A stretch of DNA of 64,000 nt from an uncultured bacterium (GCA_963707655.1 OY970172.1:416001-480000); one strand, 5' to 3'. Counted from the stretch's first letter, positions 46,324 through 57,114 are shown. The notes: generated by a model from the sequence alone, not told the origin. Translations and numbers: made by a program.

Positions 46324-48193
46324 ATGAACAATAAAAAAGGCAAAAAAAATCAATTTTTTAATGGCGGACCGGGCAATATGTTTCTGTTGGCAATTATCTT
46401 TCTTGCCGGCATTGTACTGCTCGCCAAAATGACTGAATTCACCCGCCATACTAAAACTCTCGCCTATTCGGAATTTTTAGAAAAAGTTGAGCGCAACGAA
46501 GTCAAAGAGGTTCAGTTAGTTGGTCAAGATGTCTATGGCATTCTTGCCGATGATAGCCGCTTTGAGGCAACAGTAGCCAATAACCCAAACGATTTAGAGC
46601 TCTTAAAAAAGCATAACGTAAAGATGTCGGTGGTCAGTGCTGCCAGTCAAAACTTCTTATGGTATTTACTCCCCTTCATTGGACTCTTGCTTGCCTTGGG
46701 CGCAGCGGTCTGGTTCTTTATTAAGCAGACCAGAGGTAGCGGCAACGGCAATGGCAACAATACTATTTTTACTATGGGTAAAAGCCGTGCTCGTTTGTAT
46801 ATGCCCTCGACCATTAAAGAAAAATTTAGCTCCGTAGCCGGAGCCGCAGAGGCAAAAGAAGAGCTGCAGGATGTGGTAGAATTCTTGAAAAACCCTGAAA
46901 GATATCAGTCGCTTGGGAGCAAAAATTACCCGCGGCGTATTATTGGTGGGTGAGCCAGGAAATGGTAAAACATTGTTGGCAAAAGCGGTTGCCGGTGAAG
47001 CAAATTGCCCATTCTTCAGCATTAGTGGATCAGATTTTATAGAAGTTTTTGTGGGCGTTGGTGCTTCTCGTGTGCGTGATTTATTTGCACAGGCGCGCAA
47101 ACAATCCCCCTGCATCATCTTTATAGATGAAATTGATGCAGTCGGCCGCCAGCGCGGTGCCGGATTGGGTGGTGGTCATGATGAGCGTGAGCAGACCCTG
47201 AACCAGTTATTAACAGAAATGGATGGCTTTCAAACCATCGGTGGATCAGTCATCGTTATAGCGGCGACCAACAGACCTGATGTTCTTGATAAAGCACTGT
47301 TGCGCCCCGGCAGATTTGATCGCCAAGTGATAGTACCGTATCCCGATGCAAAAAGCAGAGAACAAATCTTACGTCTTCATGCACAGGACATTAAACTTGC
47401 TTCTGATGTTGATTTTGAAAAACTTGCCCGCGCTACTCCCGGATTTACCGGTGCCGATTTAGCTAATTTGCTTAATGAAGCAGCGCTTCAGGCATCAAAA
47501 AACCCTAACAAGCAGCTGGTTACCGAAGCAGACATTGAAGAGGCCCGTGATAAAGCGATTATGGGTAAAAAATGGCAAACAAAGGTGATGACCGAAGAAG
47601 ACAAGCGGGTTACAGCGTATCATGAGGCAGGACATACCCTGATGATTGTTATGCAACCCGATTGTACCGACCAACTGCACAAAGTAACCATTTTGCCTCG
47701 TGGTAACTCATTGGGCTCAACCCACCCGCTCCCTGAAAAAGAGAAATTTACTGATTCCAAAGAGCAAAAACTTGCTACCATCAGAATCGCTTTGGGTGGA
47801 CGTGTCGCAGAAGAACTTGCATGCAATATTAAAGGCAGCGGCGCATACAGTGATTTTAAAAAAGCAACCGAACTCGCCCGTCGCATGGTATGCTTGTATG
47901 GCATGAGTGATGAAATGGGTACGGTGGTTTATAGCCAAGAAGAAGGCGCATATCAATATTCCCCAAACATAGCGTCAAAAATAGATGCTGCAGTTGAAAA
48001 GATGATGAATCAGTGTATGCAAGAGACCAAGGATCTTTTAATACAGAACCGCGACAAGCTGGAAATTGTGGCGCAAGCCCTTTTAGAGCGTGAGACTCTT
48101 GATAAAAAAGATATTTACGCCCTTTTAGCTATCAAGGAGCCGGCTCAAGAGCAAGAATCTGCTTCAACTATGGAGAGTCAACCGACAGCGTAG
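46324..48193 (+). CDS. ftsH: ATP-dependent zinc metalloprotease FtsH (frameshift ~46916)
   Basis: Two TM helices; [49 protein letters not shown]; extra G in CTTGGGAGC. Confidence 0.95.
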
Positions 48194-48267
48194 GGCTAAA
48201 TGCTCCCCTGGGAATGAGGGGGGTGACAATGGATTTGATAGAAATTGTGGAAAAAACACTATTACAT

Positions 48268-48295
48268 TTGAAAAAAATGACTTTTTTAGTACACT
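48268..48295 (+). promoter_or_regulatory. Candidate promoter for rpmB-rpsT
   Basis: TTGAAA-16 bp-TACACT. Confidence 0.5.
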
Positions 48296-48336
48296 AGAGA
48301 AGTAAATAGATTTTTCGATTGAAAGGATAAACATCA

Positions 48337-48540
48337 ATGGCAAGAGTGTGTGCGGTGTGTGATAAAGGACCGCAAGTTTCAAACTTAGTGAGCCACGCTA
48401 ACAACAGAGTGAAGCGATGGGTGTATCCTAACGTGCATCGTATGCGTTTCATAGAAACAGATGATGTTAAATGCAGGGTGCAACAGGCTAAGGTCTGCAC
48501 TAAATGTGTTAAAGCTGGCAAAGTAAAAAAAGTTGTATAA
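48337..48540 (+). CDS. rpmB: 50S ribosomal protein L28 (Cys4 form)
   Basis: MARVCAVCDK...VSHANNRVKR...PNV...KVCTKCVK. Confidence 0.93.
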   Translation: MARVCAVCDKGPQVSNLVSHANNRVKRWVYPNVHRMRFIETDDVKCRVQQAKVCTKCVKAGKVKKVV

Positions 48541-48560
48541 ATTAGATCAAGGTTTTATCG

Positions 48561-48863
48561 ATGGCCAATATTAAATCTGCCAAGAAACAAGCAAAACAAA
48601 GCGAACAAAGAAGAAAGATTAATCTTTCTCGTAAAACAGCGATCAAAACAGCAGTTAAAAAATTATTGACTGAGATTGCCAATAGCGATGTTACCAAAGC
48701 TCAAGAAGCGCTCAAAGATGTTGAAGCAAAATTAGCGCGCGCTAAAGGTAAAAGTGTTATGCACAAAAATACCGTTGCACGCAAAGTGAGCCGTTTGGCA
48801 AAACGCGTTGCTGCAACAAAAAAAAGCTGCCACAAAGACAAAGTAAGCTTTTTGTTACGATAA
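48561..48863 (+). CDS. rpsT: 30S ribosomal protein S20 (true stop may be 48846 if the A-run has one extra A)
   Basis: MANIKSAKK...N.SRKTAIKT.VKK...HKN..ARK.SRL. Confidence 0.93.
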   Translation: MANIKSAKKQAKQSEQRRKINLSRKTAIKTAVKKLLTEIANSDVTKAQEALKDVEAKLARAKGKSVMHKNTVARKVSRLAKRVAATKKSCHKDKVSFLLR

Positions 48864-48868
48864 CATTG

Positions 48869-48906
48869 AAGAGCAGGACTTTTAAAAAAGTTCTGCTCTT
48901 TTTTTT
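48869..48906 (+). terminator. Intrinsic terminator after rpsT
   Basis: AAGAGCAGGACTTTT / AAAAGTTCTGCTCTT followed by a T-run. Confidence 0.85.
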
Positions 48907-49129
48907 GTGCAAAAATAATCAACGATTGACTTTGTGTATTGAAGGTAGTTTAAAGTGAAAAGCCCCTCTTATTATCGCTGATAAAAGGGGCTTTGTTTTT
49001 TTAATACACTTCTCTTGTGATTGCCTTCAAAATTAAACAGATCCTGAATAGATATTTGTTTTCGTGCAAGATCGGTGCTACGATGAGTCGATAATTTTCA
49101 TTATTTGTTTAAAGACTAAGGAGCAAACC

Positions 49130-49576
49130 ATGTCTTTTAAGCGTTTATTTATCACATTAACCTGTGTTGTCTCACTTTCATTGGCTGCGCATGAGGGTGA
49201 AAAAGAAGCACAATGGGGTAAGTTTGTACAAAAATATGGCGCATCGCTTGCCTTGGGCACTGCAATTGGGGCCGCCTCCGGAACCGCTTGTTTTCACATG
49301 GATCAATTGATTCCTTTTCCCATCGATTGGTCTTTATGGTACGCAATCCGCTGGCAAACGATCTCTTCATGCGAAGAGACTCTGCGCGAAGCCGATATAG
49401 AATTTGATGCCGGCGTTGTTGAAAATAGCGCCTGGGCAGCCGCATGGCTTTCCTATTTTACGGTGAATGCCCACTATGCATGCAACCCCGTAGAAAAAGT
49501 TTTTGCCCCCATAGAAAAAGTTTTTGCGCCCATAGAAAAAGTTTTGATCTTCTGTAAGGATTTGGAAAATATTTGA
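49130..49576 (+). CDS. Hypothetical signal-peptide/membrane protein with C-terminal 7-aa tandem repeat
   Basis: AAGGAG before ATG 49130; MSFKRLFITLTCVVSLSLAA; PVEKVFA-PIEKVFA-PIEKVL. Confidence 0.65.
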   Translation: MSFKRLFITLTCVVSLSLAAHEGEKEAQWGKFVQKYGASLALGTAIGAASGTACFHMDQLIPFPIDWSLWYAIRWQTISSCEETLREADIEFDAGVVENSAWAAAWLSYFTVNAHYACNPVEKVFAPIEKVFAPIEKVLIFCKDLENI

Positions 49577-49578
49577 TA

Positions 49579-51288
49579 TCAATAAGCTTTTTTATATTTA
49601 ATTAAAAAGTTTTTGGCAATATCGGTGGCAACGCGGGCAGTGCCTGCATGCTCAACTAAAATTACCAGCGTAAGTGGTCGGTGATCTTTGTATTTAAAGT
49701 AGGCCACGAACCAACCATGTTCCAAATATATACTGCCCATGCAGCGCTTGTTATAGGTGCTCGTTTGGGCAGTACTTGTTTTTGCGTATAGTTCTATATC
49801 TTTAATTTTAGCCCCTCTGCCGGTACCGTCTTCTACCACGTAGCGCATTGCTTCTTGCAAAAACTCTCGTGTACTTTGAGCAATAGCCAAGGGTTGTTTA
49901 ACGATCGGCTCATTCATGAGTATGCGCGGCGTTACCAAATAGCCGGTAAAAATGCTCGCAATCATGCGGGCCACCTGAATTGGCGTTACCAATAAATAAC
50001 TTTGACCGATAGCGGCAGATAATGTCTCTCCCGGCCACCAGCGTTCACCCTTTGTTTGCAGTTTCCAACGCATTGAAGGAATAAGGCCTGTTTTTTCCGG
50101 GAAAATAATATTGGTCGGTTGGCCAAGACCAAACCTGTGCGCGTAATCTGCCAACAAATCAATGGGTATCTGTTTGCCTATCTCAAAGAACATGGCATTG
50201 CATGATTTGACCAACCCCGAATGCAAGGAAAGCTTTCCATGACCATCTCGATTACTGCAATGGTACTGACGATTGGCGAAAGATACATGACCCTTACAGT
50301 ACCATGTTGCATCGGGCTGTATAATGCCCTGCTCGAGTGCGGCACTCGTAGTGACTAATTTAAAAATAGATCCGGGTGGATACGATGCATTAAAGGCACG
50401 GTTTAAAAAGAGCTGTTTTTCTTGTAATTGTTGCCAACTTTCTTTTTTCATATGTTCTAAAAACAATGCCGGATCAAAATTGGGGCGTGAAACAATACCA
50501 AGAAGATCCCCATCATGTGAATCCATAACAATAAAGGTACCGCTATACTCTTGAGGAAATACTTCTTCCAGCATCTGCTGCAATTCAATATTGATGGTAA
50601 TTTTAATATTATTACCGGCAAGCGATTGTTTTATTTCTTGCTGATCCAAATGTCTGCCCAAAGAGTTAATCGTATTAAGGATAACCCCCTGCTCCCCTTG
50701 CAGCATATTTTCAAAAAGCTGTTCCAATCCCATCTTGCCAACCGCTTTTAATTCAAAATTCCCCAAATAGCCCACAATATGACTTGCGTATGAATGAAAG
50801 GGATAAAAACGTTTAAAGCTGCTCCGCAGCAGAATATTGGGATTACCTGAGCATTGTTCTTCAATTTTGCAAATATGCTCAAAAGGCATATCAAGTGCAA
50901 GCGGAATTGCCTTGTGCCGTTTTTCGCCCAATTTTATGGTATGCATGAGCGGTTCATTGCTCATAATAGGGGTGCCAAGAATATTTTCAAGACGTTTTAA
51001 TGTTTCACATTGATCAACGCTTATGCTGTTTTTTCCGCTCCCCTGCCAATAAAGGTCTATGGTTGGGCGGTTTGTCGCCAAGAAAAGGCCATTTCTATCA
51101 AGAATGTTGCCGCGGGGAGAAGGTATTTTTTCTGTGCGCAGAAAGTTTTTCTTACTTTGAATTGAAAAAAAATCACTCAACGTAATCTGCAAATAAAAAA
51201 GACGTAAAACAATAATGCTGCTTAAAATACAAACGACAATGATAATTTTTACTATTTTATTGCTGGGGTTCGGCCAGATAATTTGCAT
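49579..51288 (-). CDS. mrdA: Penicillin-binding protein 2 (class B)
   Basis: RLFYLQI, PRGNILDRNG, R.YP...SHIVGY, YPPGSIFK, SCN; third motif reads KTS; start 51288 or 51297. Confidence 0.88.
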   Translation of the reverse strand: MQIIWPNPSNKIVKIIIVVCILSSIIVLRLFYLQITLSDFFSIQSKKNFLRTEKIPSPRGNILDRNGLFLATNRPTIDLYWQGSGKNSISVDQCETLKRLENILGTPIMSNEPLMHTIKLGEKRHKAIPLALDMPFEHICKIEEQCSGNPNILLRSSFKRFYPFHSYASHIVGYLGNFELKAVGKMGLEQLFENMLQGEQGVILNTINSLGRHLDQQEIKQSLAGNNIKITINIELQQMLEEVFPQEYSGTFIVMDSHDGDLLGIVSRPNFDPALFLEHMKKESWQQLQEKQLFLNRAFNASYPPGSIFKLVTTSAALEQGIIQPDATWYCKGHVSFANRQYHCSNRDGHGKLSLHSGLVKSCNAMFFEIGKQIPIDLLADYAHRFGLGQPTNIIFPEKTGLIPSMRWKLQTKGERWWPGETLSAAIGQSYLLVTPIQVARMIASIFTGYLVTPRILMNEPIVKQPLAIAQSTREFLQEAMRYVVEDGTGRGAKIKDIELYAKTSTAQTSTYNKRCMGSIYLEHGWFVAYFKYKDHRPLTLVILVEHAGTARVATDIAKNFLIKYKKAY

Positions 51289-51309
51289 GGGCGCCAATCG
51301 ACATCGTAA

Positions 51310-52273
51310 TTAAGTAATTTTTTTTGGATTTAAGCTGTCGTTTATTGGATGAATATTCTCACATAAATCAGCCAAATCTTCAAGAGACACATGGGTATAC
51401 TTTTCCGTGCTCGATAATGTTTTGTGACCCAAAAGCTCTTGCACAACGCGAAGGTCTGCCCCTTGATTAAGGAGATGAGTAGCAAATGAATGACGTATTT
51501 TATGCGGAGTAATAGGACGCTCTACCTTTAAGAAATTTTCTAAAATGTTCGCAAATTCTTTGAATGCTTCGTGCAGTAAGCGGTTGATAACGGCAGTTTA
51601 AAAAGAGTTTTTCTTCACCGTCGCGCACCAATGAGCGTTCTTGAGCTAAATAATCGGTTATTCGTTGATGTGCCTTTTGGCCAAAGAGAACGATCCGTTC
51701 TTTATTTCCCTTCCCCATTATTCTGATTGTTTTTTCATGCATATCAATGTCTTTAATGCTGATGTTAATCAACTCGGAGCAGCGAATGCCGGTTGCGTAG
51801 AGCAATTCTAAAATTGCTTTGTCGCGTATTGGATTGCGGGTGAGTAGATCAGCATTGCTTACCGAATCAAGAAGATAAAATATCTCATCAACACTGAGAT
51901 AAATGGGTAATTTTTTATCCAGCCGAGGACGTTGTAATTTTAAACTGAGGGTTATCCCTTGTGAGCGTAAAAATTTTTCAAATGATTTAAAGCAAGAAAA
52001 TTTACGGGCAATTGAACTTTTATCTATTTTTTTGTAAAACAAACTCATCAGATAACGTTCGATCATCTGACGCAATGATAAATGCTCTTTATTATCTTCA
52101 GGTGATGATTCCCAAAAGAAAATGAATTGTTCCAAATCACTTTCGTATGCTTTTCTGGTATTGACCGCGAGATTTTTTTCTACGGTGAGATACTGTATAA
52201 ATTCTTTTTTCTTATCTTTAAATTGAGACAATGAAAAAGAATTGTCTGGCGCGGTTTCTTGTTTTATATTCAT
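51310..52273 (-). CDS. xerC: XerC/XerD-type tyrosine recombinase (frameshift ~51527)
   Basis: [28 protein letters not shown]; second frame [42 protein letters not shown], stop at 51310. Confidence 0.88.
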
Positions 52274-52368
52274 ATACCGTATCCCTTTTTGAGAAATTGC
52301 ATGACTTGTATATACCTATTATACTGATTCATAATATTTTCACCCCAATTATAACAAGTCTGCCCGGC

Positions 52369-52797
52369 ATGGCCCATACAATTGAACAATTACTCGATAA
52401 AATTCTTGCATCTGATGAGAGTTGGCACCATATGCTTATTCGCAATTGGCACACTGTCATCGGCGCATTGCACAACAAGGTGCAACTTGAAAAAATAGAA
52501 GATGATATGCTCTTTTTAGGAGTCTATGACGCATGCTGGATGCAGGAATTATATCTTTTAACCCCACTGCTGTTGCGTACCATTAATCAAAAGCTAGACC
52601 GCCCGCGCATAAAACAGCTACGCTTTAAAATGGTAGGCAAACAGAAAGCAAAAAAAATTACATCAAGCGCCCCGCCCAAAGCTGAGAAAGTGGTGGTGCT
52701 GAACAGGCGCGAGCTAGAAGCATTAAAAAACGTAGACGATCCGCAACTACAAGAGGCATTGAAGCGATTTTTAATTCGCTGTTATCAGGAGAAGTAA
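52369..52797 (+). CDS. DciA / DUF721-like protein
   Basis: NWHTVIG...L.LGV.DACWMQEL......L..INQKL....IKQLRF pattern. Confidence 0.7.
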   Translation: MAHTIEQLLDKILASDESWHHMLIRNWHTVIGALHNKVQLEKIEDDMLFLGVYDACWMQELYLLTPLLLRTINQKLDRPRIKQLRFKMVGKQKAKKITSSAPPKAEKVVVLNRRELEALKNVDDPQLQEALKRFLIRCYQEK

Positions 52798-54437
52798 TGA
52801 AAAACGTAGTAAGAAGCATTTTTTTGATAAGCACCCTAACTCTTGTTGCAACGGATAAAGAAAGCATACATCGCTATGTATGGGCCAATTATCAGCAATA
52901 TAAAAACAATCTTCCTCAAGCAAAACAACTCTACGAAGCGTTACTCAAAAAAGAAAATTCTCCCTATGCATATAAAGGGTACATTCATCTATTACAGGAA
53001 GGCAACCTGTGGCAACCCATTGCTCAGCTCATTCCCAGCCTTGATAGCACATTTGCCGATGATCTTGAAATGCAGATGATTTTTGCACAGGCATTGGAGA
53101 ACACCGGTGACCATAGCGGCTGTGATGAACGTTTAATAAAAATTAATGAGAAGCATAAAAACAATCAGGATATCGCTTTTGCTACGGTACAGTGCTATAT
53201 TCGCCGCAAGGAGCCGGAAAATGCTTTGCGGGTGATTAACGATTTTCTTAACAGCGTGCCGAGTAGGCCAAATAATTTTGTTTTTTATTTTATCAAATCA
53301 CAAATCTACGTGCAGCTGAATAAAAAAAGTGAGGCACTTGAATCGGTAAAAAAGAGCATTGAGCTCTATCCTAAGTTTGATAAAAGTTGGCTCATGTTTG
53401 CCATTCTTGAAGAGCAAGCGGGACAGATTGAGCAAGCCATTAAAGGTTATTCGCATTTCTTGGAAGAAACAAAAGAAGGCGCTGAAGCAGTTAAAAAACA
53501 TCTCATGGAACTCGCCTTAAAACATGAGGTGAAGGTACCTGACAAGAAGTCAGACACCAAAATTTCTTCTTTTGAACAGGCGCTTGTCTGCGCGCACGGT
53601 AAAGAGCATGACAAAGCGTTGGGATTGGTTGAAAATTGCCTGAAGCAAAAGCCGGATAACATGCAGTATCGCTTATTTAAACTAGATATGCTTGCAGCAC
53701 TTAAAAAGCATGATGCTCTGCTCAATGTATTAAAAGGGTGGATCCTTGAAGTTCCCTCGCATGATTTTTGGTACAACACATTGCATATAGCGACGAGGCA
53801 AAGCGCCAGTCTGCAGGGAGCTATTGATATTCTCAGGCATGTTGAATCAAAAGATCCAACCAATGTATTGCCTGTTTTATATCTTGCTGATTTATATATT
53901 CGTGCGAAAAAAGAATCAATGGCATTATCGTATTTAAAAAAAGCACTGAATCTTACGAGTAATAAAGAAACTAAGGCAAAAATTTTGTATCAAACGGCGC
54001 TCATCTATTATGATAAACGTCAGTTTCAACTCATGAAAAAAACATTGCTCACTGCGCAGCGATTACAAGCATCATTTTTGCCACCGTTAAACTTGTTGGC
54101 CTATCATTACGCGAGTAAAGAAAATCATGCCGATAAGGCATTGGCATTAATAGAACAGGTGGTGAGCAAAGACAGCACCAATCCCCATTATCTTGATACG
54201 AAAGCTTTTGTTCTGTATAAAAAAGGTGATTATGCGGGTGCAATAGCTATTTTAGAAAAAATCGTTGACCAGGCTCCCAAAGATGTTACTATTTTACGAC
54301 ATCTGGCAAAGGCATTGAACAAGCAAGGGGAAAAACAAAGGGCACATGCCATGATTCAACAAGCTATGCATCTTGCCGTTCCAATACATGAAAAACAAAA
54401 ATTACAAAGAATAGCTCAACGATGGAACAAAAAATAG
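52797..54437 (+). CDS. Exported tetratricopeptide-repeat protein
   Basis: N-terminal hydrophobic signal; repeated A...Y/L..A...P helical units; LNLLAY, YLDTKAFVLYKKG. Confidence 0.8.
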   Translation: MKNVVRSIFLISTLTLVATDKESIHRYVWANYQQYKNNLPQAKQLYEALLKKENSPYAYKGYIHLLQEGNLWQPIAQLIPSLDSTFADDLEMQMIFAQALENTGDHSGCDERLIKINEKHKNNQDIAFATVQCYIRRKEPENALRVINDFLNSVPSRPNNFVFYFIKSQIYVQLNKKSEALESVKKSIELYPKFDKSWLMFAILEEQAGQIEQAIKGYSHFLEETKEGAEAVKKHLMELALKHEVKVPDKKSDTKISSFEQALVCAHGKEHDKALGLVENCLKQKPDNMQYRLFKLDMLAALKKHDALLNVLKGWILEVPSHDFWYNTLHIATRQSASLQGAIDILRHVESKDPTNVLPVLYLADLYIRAKKESMALSYLKKALNLTSNKETKAKILYQTALIYYDKRQFQLMKKTLLTAQRLQASFLPPLNLLAYHYASKENHADKALALIEQVVSKDSTNPHYLDTKAFVLYKKGDYAGAIAILEKIVDQAPKDVTILRHLAKALNKQGEKQRAHAMIQQAMHLAVPIHEKQKLQRIAQRWNKK

Positions 54438-55492
54438 TTACTGCCGCGCATCCGGTTATCTGTTTTGTTGCCGGTAGATCCGGTGGTCATATTATCCCGT
54501 GTTTAACGCGAGCCAGAGAACTGATTAAGCGCTATCCGCAATATCAAATTCTCTTTTTTTCAACACATGTACCACTTGATATGAAAATTATTGGTCAGAG
54601 CGACCTTGTCTGGCAACATGTCTCATTAACGCTAGACAATTTTCCTTATAAAAAAGTGCTGCGCTATCCCCATTTTTTGTGGCAATTCATACGATCATTT
54701 TTTGCAAGTTTATATTGGTTAAAAAAGGCGGCCCCCACACAAGTGATAACCACCGGCGGTTATGTTGCCATTCCCGTCTGTTTAGCAGCGCGATTGTTAA
54801 AAATTCCGGTAGAACTGCAACTGCTCGACTTAGTGCCGGGAAAAGCATTGAGCCTTCTTACACCACTCGCACAGTCGATTGCTATCTGCTTTGAGGAAAG
54901 CACAAAATTTTTGCCAAAAAATAAATGTATGATAACCGATTATCCGGTGCGCTTTAATAAACAAAATAAACAGATGAGTAAAGAGTCTGCACGCGAACTT
55001 TTGCAGCTTGACCAGAAAAAATATCTTATTTTTATTTTGGGCGGTTCACAAGGGTCACTATTTTTAAATAATGTATTCAAAGCATGGCTGGAAAGCAATT
55101 CTGGCATGCATGGCCATATTCAAGTTATCCATCAAACCGGACCGCATGAAACAGATGAATGGCAGCAGTTGTATGCCGCTCACGGCATTACCGCGTTTGT
55201 ATTTGATTATTATCATGAATTACACAACTGTTATCGCGCAGCTGATATTGTCATTTGCCGTGCCGGAGCGGGAACTTTGTTTGAGATTCAATTTTTTGAT
55301 CTACCGTGCATCACCATTCCACTTGAAACCGCCACAACAGCTCATCAGAAAGATAATGCTTTGGCGTTTGCTCAACGCCTACCACATAGAGTTACGGTGC
55401 TCATGCAAACCAATCTTGAGCAAACAAAAGAAAAACTCGCGCAGTTATTAGCCCCTTCTATCATGGCCAGACAAAGTAATCAAATCACTTAA
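54422..55492 (+). CDS. murG: Lipid II GlcNAc transferase
   Basis: AGRSGGHIIP, TGGYVA.P, PVR, GGSQGS, HQTG, ICRAGAGT.FE. Confidence 0.9.
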   Translation: MEQKIVTAAHPVICFVAGRSGGHIIPCLTRARELIKRYPQYQILFFSTHVPLDMKIIGQSDLVWQHVSLTLDNFPYKKVLRYPHFLWQFIRSFFASLYWLKKAAPTQVITTGGYVAIPVCLAARLLKIPVELQLLDLVPGKALSLLTPLAQSIAICFEESTKFLPKNKCMITDYPVRFNKQNKQMSKESARELLQLDQKKYLIFILGGSQGSLFLNNVFKAWLESNSGMHGHIQVIHQTGPHETDEWQQLYAAHGITAFVFDYYHELHNCYRAADIVICRAGAGTLFEIQFFDLPCITIPLETATTAHQKDNALAFAQRLPHRVTVLMQTNLEQTKEKLAQLLAPSIMARQSNQIT

Positions 55493-55507
55493 TAAAAAGG
55501 ATTGTAT

Positions 55508-55828
55508 ATGTTAAAAGCAATGCTCCTCTCTTTAAGTCTAATAACAACCGCCCTGGTTGCGATGAGTGATAGTGATGATGAAGCTGGTTATGTGGGTGAT
55601 ATTGATGATGAACTCGCCACGGAGCCCCTTTCAAAGCAAAGGCCATCCAAAGCAAAAAAAATTACTCGCCCTGGCGCAGCGCCATCCGTTTTTGTAACTC
55701 TGCTACTCCCTGTCGATGCTGATGAAGCGAGCAGACATACGCCGCGCAGAGAACAAAGCACACTTGGCACAATACCAGAAACCGGAATAGAAGAAGAGGA
55801 AGAAGGGTCAACAGAAAAAACAGACTGA
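55508..55828 (+). CDS. Small secreted acidic hypothetical protein
   Basis: AAGGA RBS; MLKAMLLSLSLITTALVA then MSDSDDE; acidic and low complexity. Confidence 0.65.
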   Translation: MLKAMLLSLSLITTALVAMSDSDDEAGYVGDIDDELATEPLSKQRPSKAKKITRPGAAPSVFVTLLLPVDADEASRHTPRREQSTLGTIPETGIEEEEEGSTEKTD

Positions 55829-55839
55829 AAGGATTATCT

Positions 55840-56223
55840 ATGTTAAAAAAAATTATATGTTTATCACTGCTCACCACGTTACCCATAGCATCACGATACA
55901 TTAAACCGACACTGCACAGCGTTCCAGCGTCATACATTGCCATTGCAAAACTATTTCCCGACGCCAATTTGCAGCTTAAATTGAACGATACTATGACCAT
56001 ATTAGATGTTAAACAAACTTGTTTTAAATCGAAAAACAGTTCATGCAAAGGTGCACTCAAAAACATTGATGAACTGATTATAATGCCGGTTCTCTCTGAA
56101 GAAAAAATATGTATACCGCTGCAAGAACTATCTTTGCCAGACGACGCGCTGGTGTGTGAAGTTATACGCTGTTATAAAACAGCAAAATTTCAAGCGCTTA
56201 TTGCCAGTGAAATACCGCAGTAA
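55840..56223 (+). CDS. Small secreted hypothetical protein
   Basis: AAGGA RBS; MLKKIICLSLLTTLPIA signal-like start. Confidence 0.6.
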   Translation: MLKKIICLSLLTTLPIASRYIKPTLHSVPASYIAIAKLFPDANLQLKLNDTMTILDVKQTCFKSKNSSCKGALKNIDELIIMPVLSEEKICIPLQELSLPDDALVCEVIRCYKTAKFQALIASEIPQ

Positions 56224-56253
56224 TACCTATTTTCTAGCAAATCCCCTTTGCTT

Positions 56254-56826
56254 TTATTTTCCGTATACGACGAGTATCTTTTTCCAATCAATAAACACTT
56301 TTTCATAGGTTGTATCAAGAAAGAGAGCAAGTCTATTTACGACTTCGCGTGCATTTTTGTGATTCGATTTTTCAAATAACGGCGCTTTTTCAGAATCTTT
56401 GAATATTTCTTTTATTTTTTTCTGGATATCGCGCAAGTCAGCAAGTCTTTTTTCAACTCTTCCTCTATTTGCATCATTTAGGGCAAATGGCTTTTTGCTG
56501 AATGTTGTTGCATAGAATTCTTTTAAAGAATTAGTTAAATCAGCGCTTGCTTGCCAGAGATCATCAACTTTTTTATTAAGAGAAGATGAAGGAACTTGCT
56601 CTTTAACAAAAGTGCGTATCTCTTTTATCAGATCAAACCATTTATTTGAGTCTTCCGGCTTCATCCGTTCAAGCAGAAGGTTATCTTTACCGAACACAAG
56701 AGTGTGAGTGCTGGTGATTGCCATAAAAAGACTGTCTTTGGTCACTGCGGGTTTAGCTGGTGCGGCGTGGGTTAAAGGGCTGATGCCGGCTAGCACGAGA
56801 GCGAGTGAAATAAGTACTTTATTCAT
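56254..56826 (-). CDS. Secreted helical hypothetical protein
   Basis: AAGGAG RBS; MNKVLISLALVLAGISPLTHA signal peptide. Confidence 0.7.
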   Translation of the reverse strand: MNKVLISLALVLAGISPLTHAAPAKPAVTKDSLFMAITSTHTLVFGKDNLLLERMKPEDSNKWFDLIKEIRTFVKEQVPSSSLNKKVDDLWQASADLTNSLKEFYATTFSKKPFALNDANRGRVEKRLADLRDIQKKIKEIFKDSEKAPLFEKSNHKNAREVVNRLALFLDTTYEKVFIDWKKILVVYGK

Positions 56827-57041
56827 TATAGAACTCCTTATTTTTCTTTTTTTAATGAAGCATTATTAGACTAACTGAAGTGAATATTAGTTTTCAATAA
56901 AAAATTACCCCTACCGTGTAAGCCCCCACACAATCATTAAGGAAACAGGGCAAAATGGGGTTATACCCCTCACAAACATTTCTATATGAATTTTTATTGA
57001 TTAATTGATAGTTAATAAAATTCATTTTTACAATAATAAAA

Positions 57042-57069
57042 TTGCTATTTTCGTGAAAATCGTTATATT
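57042..57069 (+). promoter_or_regulatory. Candidate promoter for the triple-AAA gene
   Basis: TTGCTA-16 bp-TATATT. Confidence 0.45.
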
Positions 57070-57114
57070 TAGGGGATAAATGGTCAGGTTATATTATAAA
57101 ATGTGAGGATACGA

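Noticed and set aside
48958..48995. Second hairpin AAAGCCCCT/AGGGGCTTT after the rpsT terminator as a small RNA end
   Set aside because: A real inverted repeat, but there is no convincing promoter or recognisable RNA family to support an ncRNA call.
51310..52273. Tyrosine recombinase as a mobile-element integrase or phase-variation invertase
   Set aside because: Canonical XerC/D motifs in a housekeeping context next to mrdA; no att sites or invertible repeats seen.
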